Source: an uncultured Spirochaetota bacterium (GTDB lineage Bacteria > Spirochaetota > Spirochaetia > SZUA-6 > Fen-1364). From it: DNA of 64,000 nucleotides. Shown piece after piece: positions 52,798 to 63,516 of this stretch (its first letter is position 1; every line of letters begins with the position of its first letter). The notes beneath the pieces were generated by a model. The model made no database searches. It saw nothing but the letters and a program-made list of their open reading frames with translations, and was not told the origin of the DNA. The stretch is from positions 1-64,000 of the forward strand of contig CAWJSK010000019.1 of assembly GCA_963845535.1 (NCBI GenBank), read 5' to 3'. The position numbers and the translations under genes are program-made.

Positions 52798-53753
52798 CAG
52801 TACCCGTTGCCCCTGTCGACGATGTTCAGAAGCGGCTCCCCCCGCGTCCAGCGTCCCAGGTTGTCAAGGAAAACGTCGAAGGCTTCCTCATCATAGCCGG
52901 GGTGATTACCTGCGTAATGCGGCGTGATGATGACGTTCGGCATGGACCAGAGGGGGTGCCCGTGCGGAAGCGGCTCAGGGTCCGTCACGTCCAGACCCGC
53001 TCCGCGCACGTTCCCCGCGCGAAGCGCGTCGACCAACGCCGGCGTGTCAATGCTTTTGCCGCGGCCGCCGTTCAGGAGGAAGGCCCCCTTCATTGCGGAG
53101 AGCTCTTCCCTGCCAATGAAGGCCCGTGTGTCGGGAGTGTCCGGGAGGAGAACCATGATGAGGCGGGACCGGGCAAGGACTTCCAACCGACGGTCTGGCC
53201 CGACCACCTCATCCGCATGCGCGCTCGGCCTCGGGTTGCGTCGGATCCCCACAACCCGCATCCCCAGCGCCTTGCCAACGGCCGCACAGCTTGCGCCAAT
53301 GCTTCCCATCCCCACGATGCACAGAGTCTTCCCCGTCAGCGTGGCAAGGCCTTCCGGAAGGTTCTCATCCCATCGGCCTTCCTCCTGGCGGATGACCGCG
53401 CGCTTGAGGTTCCTGGTCAACATGAGCGCCATTCCCCAGAGCTGCTCGGCGATGGCGTTGCCATGGATGTGCACGTTCGTGATGGTGGCCGGGTGTGCCA
53501 TGACCTGCGGAAGCGCGAGCAGCGTGTCCACGCCGGCCCATTTGACTTGAAGCCATGAAAGGCTGCGCGCCTTTTCCCAGAAGGCTGGGGGAAGGGAGGA
53601 ATAGCAAATATCGATTTTCCCCACGAGGGACGGGTCCGAGCTGAGATCAGGGGAGGCGACAAGCCTGGCGCCCGGGGCTGCGCGAATGACCCCCGCGCGT
53701 TGTTCGTCGGTCAGGCGCTCGGAAATGAAGATGACGGGATTTTGACGCTGCAT
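52797..53753 (-). CDS. D-2-hydroxyacid dehydrogenase
   Basis: GMGSIG, LDVTDPEPLP, ITPH. Confidence 0.9.
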   Translation of the reverse strand: MQRQNPVIFISERLTDEQRAGVIRAAPGARLVASPDLSSDPSLVGKIDICYSSLPPAFWEKARSLSWLQVKWAGVDTLLALPQVMAHPATITNVHIHGNAIAEQLWGMALMLTRNLKRAVIRQEEGRWDENLPEGLATLTGKTLCIVGMGSIGASCAAVGKALGMRVVGIRRNPRPSAHADEVVGPDRRLEVLARSRLIMVLLPDTPDTRAFIGREELSAMKGAFLLNGGRGKSIDTPALVDALRAGNVRGAGLDVTDPEPLPHGHPLWSMPNVIITPHYAGNHPGYDEEAFDVFLDNLGRWTRGEPLLNIVDRGNGY

Positions 53754-53891
53754 GTCTTTCAAGGAAGCCATGAAAACGATGTTAGTCAAGCCCGCCGCTG
53801 CTCCCGGTGCTCCGCCGCTGCTCCGGGGGGGGCTCCAGGGACTCCTGCTGCTTTTGTTTGCAGTTGACTTCGCCGCATCCGCTGGTAATAC

Positions 53892-55184
53892 TTGCCGATG
53901 AGGGTAGGAGTGGCACGCAACGGCACCAACTGGCTGCGCGCGGTAAGCGCTTTTGACCGCAACGCGTATCTTCTGTTCATAACGGCCGGGCTGCTCGGGT
54001 TCACCTACTGGGGCATAACCTACCTTCTCACCAACCTGTTCCTTGTGCGCCTGGGATATGGGACGGTGGTGGTTGGCAACCTCAATTTCCTGTTCTACCT
54101 CCTCGTCACGGTGTTCAGCGTCCCCGCGGGCGCCTTGGGCATGGCCCTGGGCTGCCGCCGCGCAATGCTCACCGGCGGAGCCCTTGCGCTCCTTGGTTGG
54201 GCCATGGCGCCCGCGGTCATCTTCATCCCTGGCCCGTCAGCGCGCATCTCCATCCTCGCGGTTTCCCGCGTCATCAGCGCCGTTGGGGCCGCGGTCTTCA
54301 TCGTCAACTCCAACCCCGCGCTCATGGGCGCGGTCGAGCCCAAAGCCAGCACCTATGCTTTCGCGTTCAACGGGACCATGATCTCCCTGACTACTTTCGT
54401 CGGCAGCTTGTGCGGCGGCCTCCTTCCCAACCTGTTCGCGGCGGTAACGCGCGTGCGCCTTTCCTCGCCAATGCCGTATGGGCTCGCCCTCTGGGCCGCC
54501 GTGGTCATCCTGAGCCCCGGCATGATCCTGCTGTGGTTTTTCCGGGAAACGGGCAAGGGAGAGCAGAAAGCGGATCCTCGGGCAATTTCCCGGATTCCCT
54601 TGGGCCTGATTGCCGTTATTGTCATCGTTCGATTCCTCCGCGAATGCGGGTACGGCGGGGTCATCACGTTCTTCAACGTCTACCTGGACACCGCCCTCCA
54701 TCTGCCGACAACCTCCATCGGCCTTCTGGTCAGCATCTCCGCCATTGCCTCCATCATCTGCACCCCGCTGATGCCGATCATCGCAAGGAAATGGGGGGCG
54801 GGACGGACGTCGCTGGCCGGGCTTGTCGCCATGGGGCTTGCCGTGCTTCCTCTCGCAATTGTCCGCAACTGGCAGCCTGCCGCCATCGGGTGGGCAGGGA
54901 TGACCGCGGCGAACTCCCTGAACGAATCTGCAATGCAGGTGTTCATTCTCGACAGCGTGGCCACGAGGTACCGCGCTCTGATGTCCGGGGCGGCCAACAC
55001 GGCAAGCACGCTCGGGCTCGCGGCATCCGCCCTCTGGGGAGGGTATCTCATCCGCGCCGCGGGGTTTCGCGCGGTTTTCCTCTTGAGCGCCGGGCTGCTG
55101 TTCCTTTCCGCCGGGTCGTTCGCCGGGCTCCTTGGCTTCCGCAGGCGCACGCAGAAGGCCAGGCACGTGGTGCCCGCCCAATGA
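53892..55184 (+). CDS. MFS transporter
   Basis: About 12 hydrophobic segments in two halves; stop overlaps the next ATG (ATGA). Confidence 0.85.
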   Translation: MPMRVGVARNGTNWLRAVSAFDRNAYLLFITAGLLGFTYWGITYLLTNLFLVRLGYGTVVVGNLNFLFYLLVTVFSVPAGALGMALGCRRAMLTGGALALLGWAMAPAVIFIPGPSARISILAVSRVISAVGAAVFIVNSNPALMGAVEPKASTYAFAFNGTMISLTTFVGSLCGGLLPNLFAAVTRVRLSSPMPYGLALWAAVVILSPGMILLWFFRETGKGEQKADPRAISRIPLGLIAVIVIVRFLRECGYGGVITFFNVYLDTALHLPTTSIGLLVSISAIASIICTPLMPIIARKWGAGRTSLAGLVAMGLAVLPLAIVRNWQPAAIGWAGMTAANSLNESAMQVFILDSVATRYRALMSGAANTASTLGLAASALWGGYLIRAAGFRAVFLLSAGLLFLSAGSFAGLLGFRRRTQKARHVVPAQ

Positions 55185-56233
55185 TGGCGGACCCCTCCTC
55201 AAGCGGCCCTTCCGTCCGAGAGCCGCCCGGCTTCATTCGCATCGACTCACAGTGGAACGCCGCGGACAGGGCCGGGGCCGTCAGGTGCAGGCTCAGCAAA
55301 TTTCGCATGCGCTACAAGGTGGCGCCCGGTCTTTATGCCCTGGGCCGCCCCGGTGAGGACTCTCCCGTGGTCGTCAGCGCAAGCTACAAGCTCTCCTTCG
55401 ACGTGCTGCGCAGAGATCTCAAGGGAACGGACTGCTGGATCATCGTGCTTCAAACCCTCGGGATCAACGTGTGGTGCGCCGCGGCGCAGGGGACCTTCGG
55501 AACGGAAGAGCTTGTTGCCCGGTTGGCCAGGACCAGGGTGGCGGAGGTGGTGAAGCACCGGGAATTGACGCTGCCGCAACTGGGGGCCGCCGGGGTCAAA
55601 GCGAGCGCCGTTCAGGAACAGGCAGGGTTCCATGTCCGATTCGGTCCTGTACGTTCACGGGACCTTCCGGCGTACCTTGCGGACGGAAGGGCCTCCGCTG
55701 CCATGCGAAAGGTCAGGTTCACTTTCCATGATCGATTGCTCCTGGCTCCGATGGAGCTGGGAGAGTCGCTGAAACGCTTCCTCATATTCGCTTTCGTCGC
55801 CATCCTGTATGCAGGACTTGCGCCCGGCGGCGTGGTTCTCCAGATGGCGTGGGTGGGGGTCTGGCCCTTGTTCGCTCTCGGACTGGCCGCGGTGTTTTCC
55901 GGCTCCGTCATCGTGCCTTTGCTTCTTCCTTGGATTCCCTTTCGAGCTTTCACCGCCAAGGGATGGCTGGTTGGCGCTCTCGTGAACGGCGCCCTGCTTC
56001 ACGGCGCCGGACTTGCACGGGGAATGGACCCGTACCGGTTGGTTGCCTGCTGGATCTTTTTTCCAGCCGCTGCCGCGGCCCTGGCGCTTTCGTTCACCGG
56101 GGCCACGACTTTCACGAGCCCCTCCGGCGTGAGGAGGGAAGTCACACGGGCAATTCCCATTTTCGCAGCGGCCGCCATCCTGACGATAGCGGCCCTGGTG
56201 CTTTCCAAGTTGGAGTTCTGGGGCTCGCTGTAG
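55181..56233 (+). CDS. hgcA: HgcA-like corrinoid protein (mercury methylation)
   Basis: PGLYALG, SASYKLSFD, GINVWCAAAQGTF cap helix, LPQLGAAGV, FGPVR; C-terminal TM helices with FTGATTFTSPSGVRRE. Confidence 0.85.
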   Translation: MMADPSSSGPSVREPPGFIRIDSQWNAADRAGAVRCRLSKFRMRYKVAPGLYALGRPGEDSPVVVSASYKLSFDVLRRDLKGTDCWIIVLQTLGINVWCAAAQGTFGTEELVARLARTRVAEVVKHRELTLPQLGAAGVKASAVQEQAGFHVRFGPVRSRDLPAYLADGRASAAMRKVRFTFHDRLLLAPMELGESLKRFLIFAFVAILYAGLAPGGVVLQMAWVGVWPLFALGLAAVFSGSVIVPLLLPWIPFRAFTAKGWLVGALVNGALLHGAGLARGMDPYRLVACWIFFPAAAAALALSFTGATTFTSPSGVRREVTRAIPIFAAAAILTIAALVLSKLEFWGSL

Positions 56234-56236
56234 GAT

Positions 56237-57048
56237 TTACCGGGCCTTTTGCGCCGTAAGCTGGACGCTCACGACGGCCTTGCCAATCTTGCGAAGCTCC
56301 TCGGCGGACATATCGGGAGCCTGTGCAAGAAAGCGCTCTTCGTCCTCCGGGCCGACCATGTCAGAGCTTTCCTTCTGCCGCTCCACCGTGATCTCGGTGA
56401 AGCCTGCTTTCTCCATCATCGACAGGTACTCCTCTTTGAGGATTGCCCCTGAGACGCATCCGGCAAACAGCGCTGCGTTTGTCTTCAACTTTTCCGGAAG
56501 ATTCTCCAACAACATGATGTCGGAGATCATGGCGCGGCCGCCCGGCCTCAAGATTCGATATGCTTCCTGAAACACGCGGGCTTTCTCCGTGGAAAGGTTG
56601 ATCACGCAATTGGAGATCACCACGTCAGCGCTGGCATCAGCGACAGGCAGGCTTTCGATCTCCCCAAGCCGAAACTCGACGTTTGCGTAGCCGCCCTTGC
56701 GTGACGCTGTCCTGGCCCTGTCCAGCATCTCAGGGGTCATGTCCACTCCGATCACCTTGCCCTCAGGCCCGACTTTGCATGAGGCGAGGAAGCAGTCGAT
56801 GCCGCCTCCTGAGCCCAAATCAACGACAGTCTCACCGGGGCGAAGCTCTCCCAGCGCCGTCGGGTTTCCGCACCCCAGGCCCAGGTCAGCTTCCACCGGG
56901 ATGCTGGCAAGCTGGCTGCCGTCATATCCCACGCGCTCGCTCTGTGAGGACTTCGCTTTGCTCCCGCAGCAGGGGCCGCACCCGGCACCTGCCCCCCGGG
57001 CAGTTTGAGCGTAATGCTTTCGGACCTCCGCCCTCATGTCAGTTGCCA
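56237..57048 (-). CDS. arsM: Arsenite methyltransferase
   Basis: LGLGCGNP, DLGSGGGIDC, ISNCVINLS, GCVSGA; N-terminal CC. Confidence 0.92.
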
Positions 57049-57104
57049 CGCCGCACCTCCTTGTCGACAATCTCGCCGAACGTGTGATTCATCGTTCGGC
57101 AGGC

Positions 57105-57353
57105 TTATTCGGCCAGCTCACGAGCCACGGGACCAAGGATTTCCCTCACCGTGCCCGCGAGCTGCTCGACTTTCATGAGCGAAAGGCAGCACACCCTGCC
57201 CCCGCTCTGCATGGTCACAACGGCAAGCTTGTCTCCCGCCTTGATCCCCGCCGCGGAGCGCAGCTCCTTGGGCAGGACGATCTGCCCGCGGGCGTCCACG
57301 GTCACCACGGCGTCCACGGAGCAACAGCTCTCCGCCTTTGCATTCTTCGCCAT
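57105..57353 (-). CDS. AbrB/MazE-fold Cys-pair protein, HgcC-like
   Basis: CC..VTVDARGQIVLPKELR..IKAGDKL..VCC. Confidence 0.75.
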   Translation of the reverse strand: MAKNAKAESCCSVDAVVTVDARGQIVLPKELRSAAGIKAGDKLAVVTMQSGGRVCCLSLMKVEQLAGTVREILGPVARELAE

Positions 57354-57494
57354 CGTTTGTTGTCCTGTTCCGTAAAATCAGAAAAATCAGATAATACGAA
57401 TATAGCGGATTTAGCGGAAAAGGCAAGAGAAAGATGACGGCCTCCTGGGCGAGGGCCGGCGGGCTTGGTGACGCGTGTGGGGGAAGCGGATGCT

Positions 57495-59009
57495 TCAGGG
57501 GCCGTCACGCAGGAGCTGGTCGAGCAGCTCCGGCAGGCGGACAATGGCAATGCGCGTGGCCGAGTCGGAGACGGCATACGGGAGGAAAAGACGCTCTCCG
57601 TGGATGAGGGAGCCGCAGGAGTAGACGACGTTCGGCACGTATCCGCGCGAGCCCTGCTCCGCCGCGGCTATGAGCGGCTCCTTGAGCCTGCCCCGGACGC
57701 GAAGCGGATCTTTTTCATCAAGGAGCATGGCCCCAATGCTGTAGCGCCGCATGGGTCCCACGCCGTGAGTGATGAGGAGCCATCCCTCGGGGGTCTGAAG
57801 CGGCGAGCCGCAGTTGCCGATGAGCCGCCACTCCCAGGGATACGCGGGCCGCGCAAGGATGATGGCGGTCTCCCAGAAGTGAATGAGGTCGGAAAACATC
57901 AGGTAGAGGTTGCGGCCGTCGATCCGGGAGCACATTGCGTAGTGTCCGCCGATTCGCCGCGGGAAAAGCGCCATCCCCTTGTTCTGCACGCACGCCCCGT
58001 TGAGGGTATGGATGCAGAACGAACGGAAGTCCGGGGTCTCCATGAGCATGGGAAGGATGTTCTGCCCGTTGAAAGCCGTGTACGTGCCGAACCAGGTGGC
58101 GGATCCGTTGTCATCGAGAAAACGAACCAGCCGCATGTCCTCGATGCCCCGGGATTCGCTGTCGCTGCGGGGGAAGAGGACCAGGTCGCGCACGTCGTCC
58201 TCCGGCGGCAGCTGGAGGCGGTAATTGGCCCTCACGAGCCATTCGAGCATCGATATCGAGTTGGAAAGCCGGGGGTCTTCCCCATTTTCGGCCAGCACCG
58301 CGGTGGTGGCGGCGTCAAGCTCAGCGTGCGTGAAAAGCTCGGGAAGCCGCGCGAAGATCAGGTCTGCCTTTTCGCAGGAAATCCCCATCTCGCAAAGCTT
58401 GCGCCGCAGGAGGTCCTTCTTGTAGCGGGCATCCGGCACCACCCGAGGGCTCGCCGATCTCCCCGTCTGCGGATCAAGCCGGAATATCCCCGCCGCGGAG
58501 ATGGTTCCCGTTTGAAACACCGTGGTGGAGATGTGGCCCTCTCCCACCGCGCGCAGGCTCATGATGAAGCGCAGCCCTCCGCGAGGGGCGCCGCGCTGGT
58601 CAGGGTGGGGGACGATGGACGGATTGAACAAGGCGGCCGCTTCAATGGAGTACTCCATGGTGAAGTAGGCCCCAATCAGGAGCCGCCTTTCCCGGGAGAG
58701 CTTGTCATGCATGCCGTTGATCCGCGCCGCGCTATCGTAGCGCTCCTGGAGAAGCTCTTCGAAGCGTTCATGCCTGTTACGGAACTCCGCCACCAGGGAG
58801 ACGAGATTGATGGCCACCTCCTGGTCCGTCAAGCCCTCCACATACGTGAACACGGACTGCAGATCGTGGTGCCCCCCCATGTTGAACGGGAGCATGATGC
58901 TGCGCCGGGCGTCTCCGATGAGCTGCACCGGCACGTGCCGGACGGTGATGCCGCGGTGCACGGCCACGCGCGACTGCGTGGTGCCGAGAGCCATCCGTGC
59001 GCGCTTCAT
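57495..59009 (-). CDS. GH130 family glycoside hydrolase/phosphorylase
   Basis: EYSIEAAALFNPS, GIEDMR, NKGMALFP, GNCGSP, GYVPNVVYSCG. Confidence 0.9.
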   Translation of the reverse strand: MKRARMALGTTQSRVAVHRGITVRHVPVQLIGDARRSIMLPFNMGGHHDLQSVFTYVEGLTDQEVAINLVSLVAEFRNRHERFEELLQERYDSAARINGMHDKLSRERRLLIGAYFTMEYSIEAAALFNPSIVPHPDQRGAPRGGLRFIMSLRAVGEGHISTTVFQTGTISAAGIFRLDPQTGRSASPRVVPDARYKKDLLRRKLCEMGISCEKADLIFARLPELFTHAELDAATTAVLAENGEDPRLSNSISMLEWLVRANYRLQLPPEDDVRDLVLFPRSDSESRGIEDMRLVRFLDDNGSATWFGTYTAFNGQNILPMLMETPDFRSFCIHTLNGACVQNKGMALFPRRIGGHYAMCSRIDGRNLYLMFSDLIHFWETAIILARPAYPWEWRLIGNCGSPLQTPEGWLLITHGVGPMRRYSIGAMLLDEKDPLRVRGRLKEPLIAAAEQGSRGYVPNVVYSCGSLIHGERLFLPYAVSDSATRIAIVRLPELLDQLLRDGP

Positions 59010-61288
59010 TGCCGGGACCGCTCCCCGTCCTGCTCAAGCTGATGGAAAGCCAGGACGCTCGCCAGCCATGACAAGGTGGACTCCGCGCCCTCGTTGAGGT
59101 TGGGCCCGTTCGGGGAGAGGCCGTCGCGGCATCCCCCCGTGGAGGAATCATAGAGCGCGGACTGCGTGTCGTTGCTTCCCAGGAACCATCCCAGGAAACG
59201 GCGTGCCCGTTCCCGCCACAGGGTGTCCCGTGTGGCCTGCCATGCGGCGCAACACGCCTCAACGAGGGCGGACGCGTCGATGGGCTGCTGGTCGAAGCGG
59301 GCGCGGCTCCCGTCCCGCCGAAGCCAGCCGTGATTGCCGATGAGGCTCACCGTCCCTTCCGCGGAGAGCTGCAGCCCGACGAGCCATTCCAGGGAGGATA
59401 GCCCCTGGTTCACCATGGCGTCATCCCGCATCGACAAACCGCTCAGCACAAGGGCGTGAGGCAGCGCCGCGTTTGCGTACGTGACCACCTCTTCGCACCA
59501 GGGCCATTCGGCGGTGCCGTTGCACCGGAAGGCGCTCATGAGCTTTTCCGCGAGGGTGGAGCGCAGACGCCGCGCATTCTCGTCCCCGCTGAAACGCTGG
59601 AGGTAGGAGCAAGCCCCCAGGAGGCTGAACGCCCAGGCGCGCGGGGAGATGAGCCGCTGTGCGCTGGGGAGGGCTTCCGCGAAAAGCCTGCAAGCGAACG
59701 GGAGCACGGCGTCCGTGGATCCGGAAGCCACCACGGTGCCCAACGCCCAGAGGCTGCGGCCGAAGGTGTCTTCACTCGGGGACTCATCCGACCAGCGCCG
59801 CTCGTAGCCCAGAAAGTTGCGAAACGTGCCCGTGGGCCGGTCGAAGGAGTAGTGCAGGAAGGACATGTACCTCTTGGCAAGGCTCAGCGTTCCCTCATCC
59901 CGCGTGAGCGCGTGATGCCGGATGGCCACGATGAGAGCGCGGGAGTTGTCATCCGTGCAGTAGCCGTGCGTGCGATCCGGGACCGTGTAGAGAGAGTGCT
60001 GGATGATGCCGCTGTCATCCGTCAGGACCTTCAGGTGACCGAGGTTGATCTCGGGTATCCCGTCGTAGACGGATGGCAACCTCAGGGGGCGCGTGGACGG
60101 ACGCGGAGTAAGCTGCCGGTCTTCAACGACCTGCTCGACAAGCTCCACGTATCTGCGCGCCACCTCTTTCCAAATCATGGTCCGGGAATGCGCATATGCG
60201 CGCTCGCGGAGCGCTTCCCATCGCTCCGGGTCCTCGATGAGGGCATTCGCGCCTTCCGCAAGCGCATGAGAATCCCCGAACGGGAAGAGCACTCCGCGAT
60301 CATCCGCAAGCATTTCCTCCGCATAGCGGTACGGGGTGGAGAGGATTGCCTTCCCCATGCCGAGCGCCATGGCGAGCGTTCCTGACGCTATCTGTTCCTT
60401 GTTTCCATACGGAGTGACGTAAATGTCCGCGGCGGAAACGAAACGGGCCAGCTCCTGGGAGGACATGTAACGGTTGAGGAACACGACATCCTCACGCACG
60501 CCGCAGCGCTCGGCAAGCCTTTCCAGCGACGCGACGTACGAGTTGCCGTCCCGTCGGAACTCGCACGGGTGCGTTGCGCCAAGGACGATGTAGATGGTTT
60601 GCGGGTGCCGGGAAACGATTGCGGGCAAAGCGCGTATGACGACGTCGATGGCTTTGCCGGGGGACAGGAGGCCGAAGGTCATCATCACGGTGCGGCCCTG
60701 GAGGCCCAGGTTTGCCTTGGAGACCGCCGGATCAGAGAGCGGCAGGTCGGGAATCCCATGGGGGATGACAGCGATCTTGTCCGCGCTTATGCCGTAGATT
60801 TCCCGCAGGATGGTCCGCGCGGTCTCGCACAGGGCAACGAGTTTTTCGCTGGCAGCGGCGATCCCCAGGATGATCTTTCTCTGCTGAGGGGTCGGAGCAG
60901 ACACCACCGTGTGCAGCGTTGTGACCAGCGGCATGCGAAGCCGGCGCGCCAGCGCCAGGACATAGACGCCGCTTTCACCGCCGAAGATCCCGAACTCGTG
61001 CTGGATCACCGCCGCGTCGATCTGGTTGATGTTGAGGAAATCCGCGGCAAGCACGTAGTCACGGGGGTTGCTGTCCCTGATGCGAAAGCGCACCTCCGGC
61101 GGGTATGCGAACGCAGCGCTGGAGTCATCCATGCTGAGCACCGGCGTGTCCAGGGTTGCCCGCACCGCGACAAGGCCTTCCCGAAGGTCCTTGGTGAAAG
61201 TGGCAATCCCGCACATTCGCGGAACGTACGAGCCTATCAGGGCAACGCTTTGAAGGTTGGGTGGCACCGCTCTACCTTTTTCATTCAC
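59006..61288 (-). CDS. GT4 glycosyltransferase with C-terminal glycosidase-like domain
   Basis: CGIATFT, QHEFGIFGG, FGLLSPGK; GYCTDDN, FDQQP, GAESTL. Confidence 0.88.
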   Translation of the reverse strand: MNEKGRAVPPNLQSVALIGSYVPRMCGIATFTKDLREGLVAVRATLDTPVLSMDDSSAAFAYPPEVRFRIRDSNPRDYVLAADFLNINQIDAAVIQHEFGIFGGESGVYVLALARRLRMPLVTTLHTVVSAPTPQQRKIILGIAAASEKLVALCETARTILREIYGISADKIAVIPHGIPDLPLSDPAVSKANLGLQGRTVMMTFGLLSPGKAIDVVIRALPAIVSRHPQTIYIVLGATHPCEFRRDGNSYVASLERLAERCGVREDVVFLNRYMSSQELARFVSAADIYVTPYGNKEQIASGTLAMALGMGKAILSTPYRYAEEMLADDRGVLFPFGDSHALAEGANALIEDPERWEALRERAYAHSRTMIWKEVARRYVELVEQVVEDRQLTPRPSTRPLRLPSVYDGIPEINLGHLKVLTDDSGIIQHSLYTVPDRTHGYCTDDNSRALIVAIRHHALTRDEGTLSLAKRYMSFLHYSFDRPTGTFRNFLGYERRWSDESPSEDTFGRSLWALGTVVASGSTDAVLPFACRLFAEALPSAQRLISPRAWAFSLLGACSYLQRFSGDENARRLRSTLAEKLMSAFRCNGTAEWPWCEEVVTYANAALPHALVLSGLSMRDDAMVNQGLSSLEWLVGLQLSAEGTVSLIGNHGWLRRDGSRARFDQQPIDASALVEACCAAWQATRDTLWRERARRFLGWFLGSNDTQSALYDSSTGGCRDGLSPNGPNLNEGAESTLSWLASVLAFHQLEQDGERSRQ

Positions 61289-61439
61289 ATCACCTTCCCG
61301 ACGGAAATGGATGTCCAGCGGAGCGAGCCGATCTGGGGAAAGTATAGGGCCGGGCTGCCGGGCCGTCAACTCTTTGCAGGCAACTCTTTGCAGGCGGCGC
61401 GTCTTTGCAGGCCGCGATCATTGGCGGTAGACTCCCGCC

Positions 61440-62362
61440 ATGAGCCCGAAGAAGGTCCTGATTGACACTGATTGCGGTGTGGATGACGCAATTGCCATCA
61501 TGATTGCCCTGGCCAGCCCCGCCGAGGTTTCGGTCCTCGGGATCACGACGGTCTCAGGGAATGTGCCCCTTGCCAACGTGGTGGACAATGTGCTGCGCCT
61601 CCTGAGCTTCCTCGGCAGGACGGAAATCCCCGTGTTTCGCGGCGCCTCACGACCCCTTGTCGAGCCTCTTCATCACGCCCCTGACGTGCATGGGGCGAAC
61701 GGCCTCGGCGGAGTGGAGCTGCCTGCGCCCCGTATCGTCGAACAGCGTGAGAGAGCTCCGGAAGGGATTGCGCGCATTGCGCGTGAGAGCCCGGGCCTTA
61801 CGCTGCTCACACTGGGGCCCCTCACGAACATCGCCATGGCGCTGAACCTTTACCCGGAGCTGAAAGGACAGATCGCGGAGATCGTCGCCATGGGCGGGGC
61901 GGTGGAAAAGGGGAACGTCACGCGGTTTGCCGAGTTCAATTTCCACGCAGACCCGGAAGCGGTGCAGAGCGTCCTTGACTCCGGCATCCCGCTCTCCCTG
62001 CTCACCTGGGACACCACTCTCACCGTGGCTCACGCGGAGGCGGAGCTGGAAGCCCTTGGGCTGAAAAAAACCGCATCCGGGAAGCTGGTCCTTGACCTCC
62101 AGCAAACGGTGTTCCGCTTCATCGAAACGAACCGCGGCATGCGCAGTCACCATGCTGCCGGATCCCCTGGCCGCGGCCTGGTTGGTTGACCCGAAGATCG
62201 CCGGTCAGCCCCTGGCCACGGGGATGCGCATGGAGCTGGGCCAGAACGCCATGCGCGGAGCGTCCATCACCCAACGCGGCGACGGCGTTCAGCTCATTGT
62301 CGACATTGACAAGCCCGGATTCGACCGTATACTGAGCCGCGTCATCGGGCATGAAACAGTAG
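61440..62362 (+). CDS. Nucleoside hydrolase (frameshifted near 62145 and 62350)
   Basis: DTDCGVDD, GPLTN, AEFNF..DPEA. Confidence 0.85.
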
Positions 62363-62385
62363 ACTTGGAAAAGGGAGGGTCTTCA

Positions 62386-63433
62386 GTGAAAAGGAAATGG
62401 CTTCTTGTTCTCGTGGTAGTGTTATTCGCTCTCGGCTCAGCAGCGGGCTTTGCAGCGCCAAAGCTGAAGGTAGTCCTCTATATAAACGGAACCCTCGGGG
62501 ACAAGTCGTTCTTCGATTCTGCGGACGCGCGGAGTGTAGAAGGCGGCCAAGGAGCTGCCCATCACGGCAAAGGTGATCGAAGGAACCTATGACTCTTCAC
62601 GCTGGGAACCTGACATCGCCCAGTTGTGTGAAGGAGACTGGGACCTCATCATCGCCGGAACGTGGGAGCTGCAGGAGGCGTTGGAGAAGTACGCTCCCCA
62701 GTACCCGAAAAAGAAGTTCATCACCTATGACAATTCGGTCACCTACGAGAAAGGGTGGTTTGGGCAACGTCTATTCCATCCTCTACAAGCAGAACGAAGG
62801 ATCGTTCCTCGGCGGGCGCTCTGGCGGCCATGGTGACCGAATTCCAGCATGCCGCTCGCCAACAAGCAGAAAGTCATCGGCTTCCTCGGCGGCATGGACA
62901 TCCCCGTCATCAATGACTTCAAGGTCGGATACGAGCAGGGCGTCAAGTACATCGACCCCTCCATCCAGGTGCTGGTGTCCTACGTCGGTTCCTGCCAGGA
63001 CGCCGCAAAGGGCAAGGAGCTGGCGCTGGCGCAGTACGACCAGGGCGCCGACATCGGATTCAACGTGGCAGGGCAGGCCGGCCTCGGGCTGCTGGACGCC
63101 GCCAAGGACAAGAAGCGCTATGCAATCGGGGTGGACTCAGACCAGTACCTGCATGGTCAAGGACAGCGACCCCGTGAAGGCATCCTTCATCGTGACCTCC
63201 ATGCAGAAGAACGTCGACAACTCCCTCTACCGGGCAATCAAGGGCACGCTGGACGGGACAATCAAGTACGGTGCGGCAGAGGCCCTGGGTTTCAAGGAAG
63301 GGCGGCATCAGCCTCTCGGAGAATGAGAACTACGTGAAGCTGGTTCCCGGCGGCCATGCGGGCCAGGATCGCGGCCATCCAGAAGAAGCTCGTGAGCGGC
63401 GCCATCAAGGTCGACACGGCCTTCGGCAAATAG
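62386..63433 (+). CDS. BMP-family nucleoside ABC substrate-binding protein (multiple frameshifts)
   Basis: [32 protein letters not shown] and TSMQKNVD spread over several frames. Confidence 0.85.
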
Positions 63434-63516
63434 CAGATTTGCGGGCGGCCTTGAGCGCGGATTGGCTGTACGGCCAGTTCCGTGTCGGCCGCCCGATCGT
63501 TTTCCAGGCAACAACC

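Noticed and set aside
54197..56233. 678-aa extended HgcA fusion in the ORF track
   Set aside because: The upstream part is an alternate frame of the MFS gene; homology starts near 55181
57495..61288. GT4 plus GH130 pair as a novel system
   Set aside because: A widespread conserved gene pair with nothing unusual here
62092..62592. Nucleoside hydrolase-BMP fusion
   Set aside because: Produced by an indel that bypasses the stop near 62360; the BMP gene has its own RBS and signal peptide
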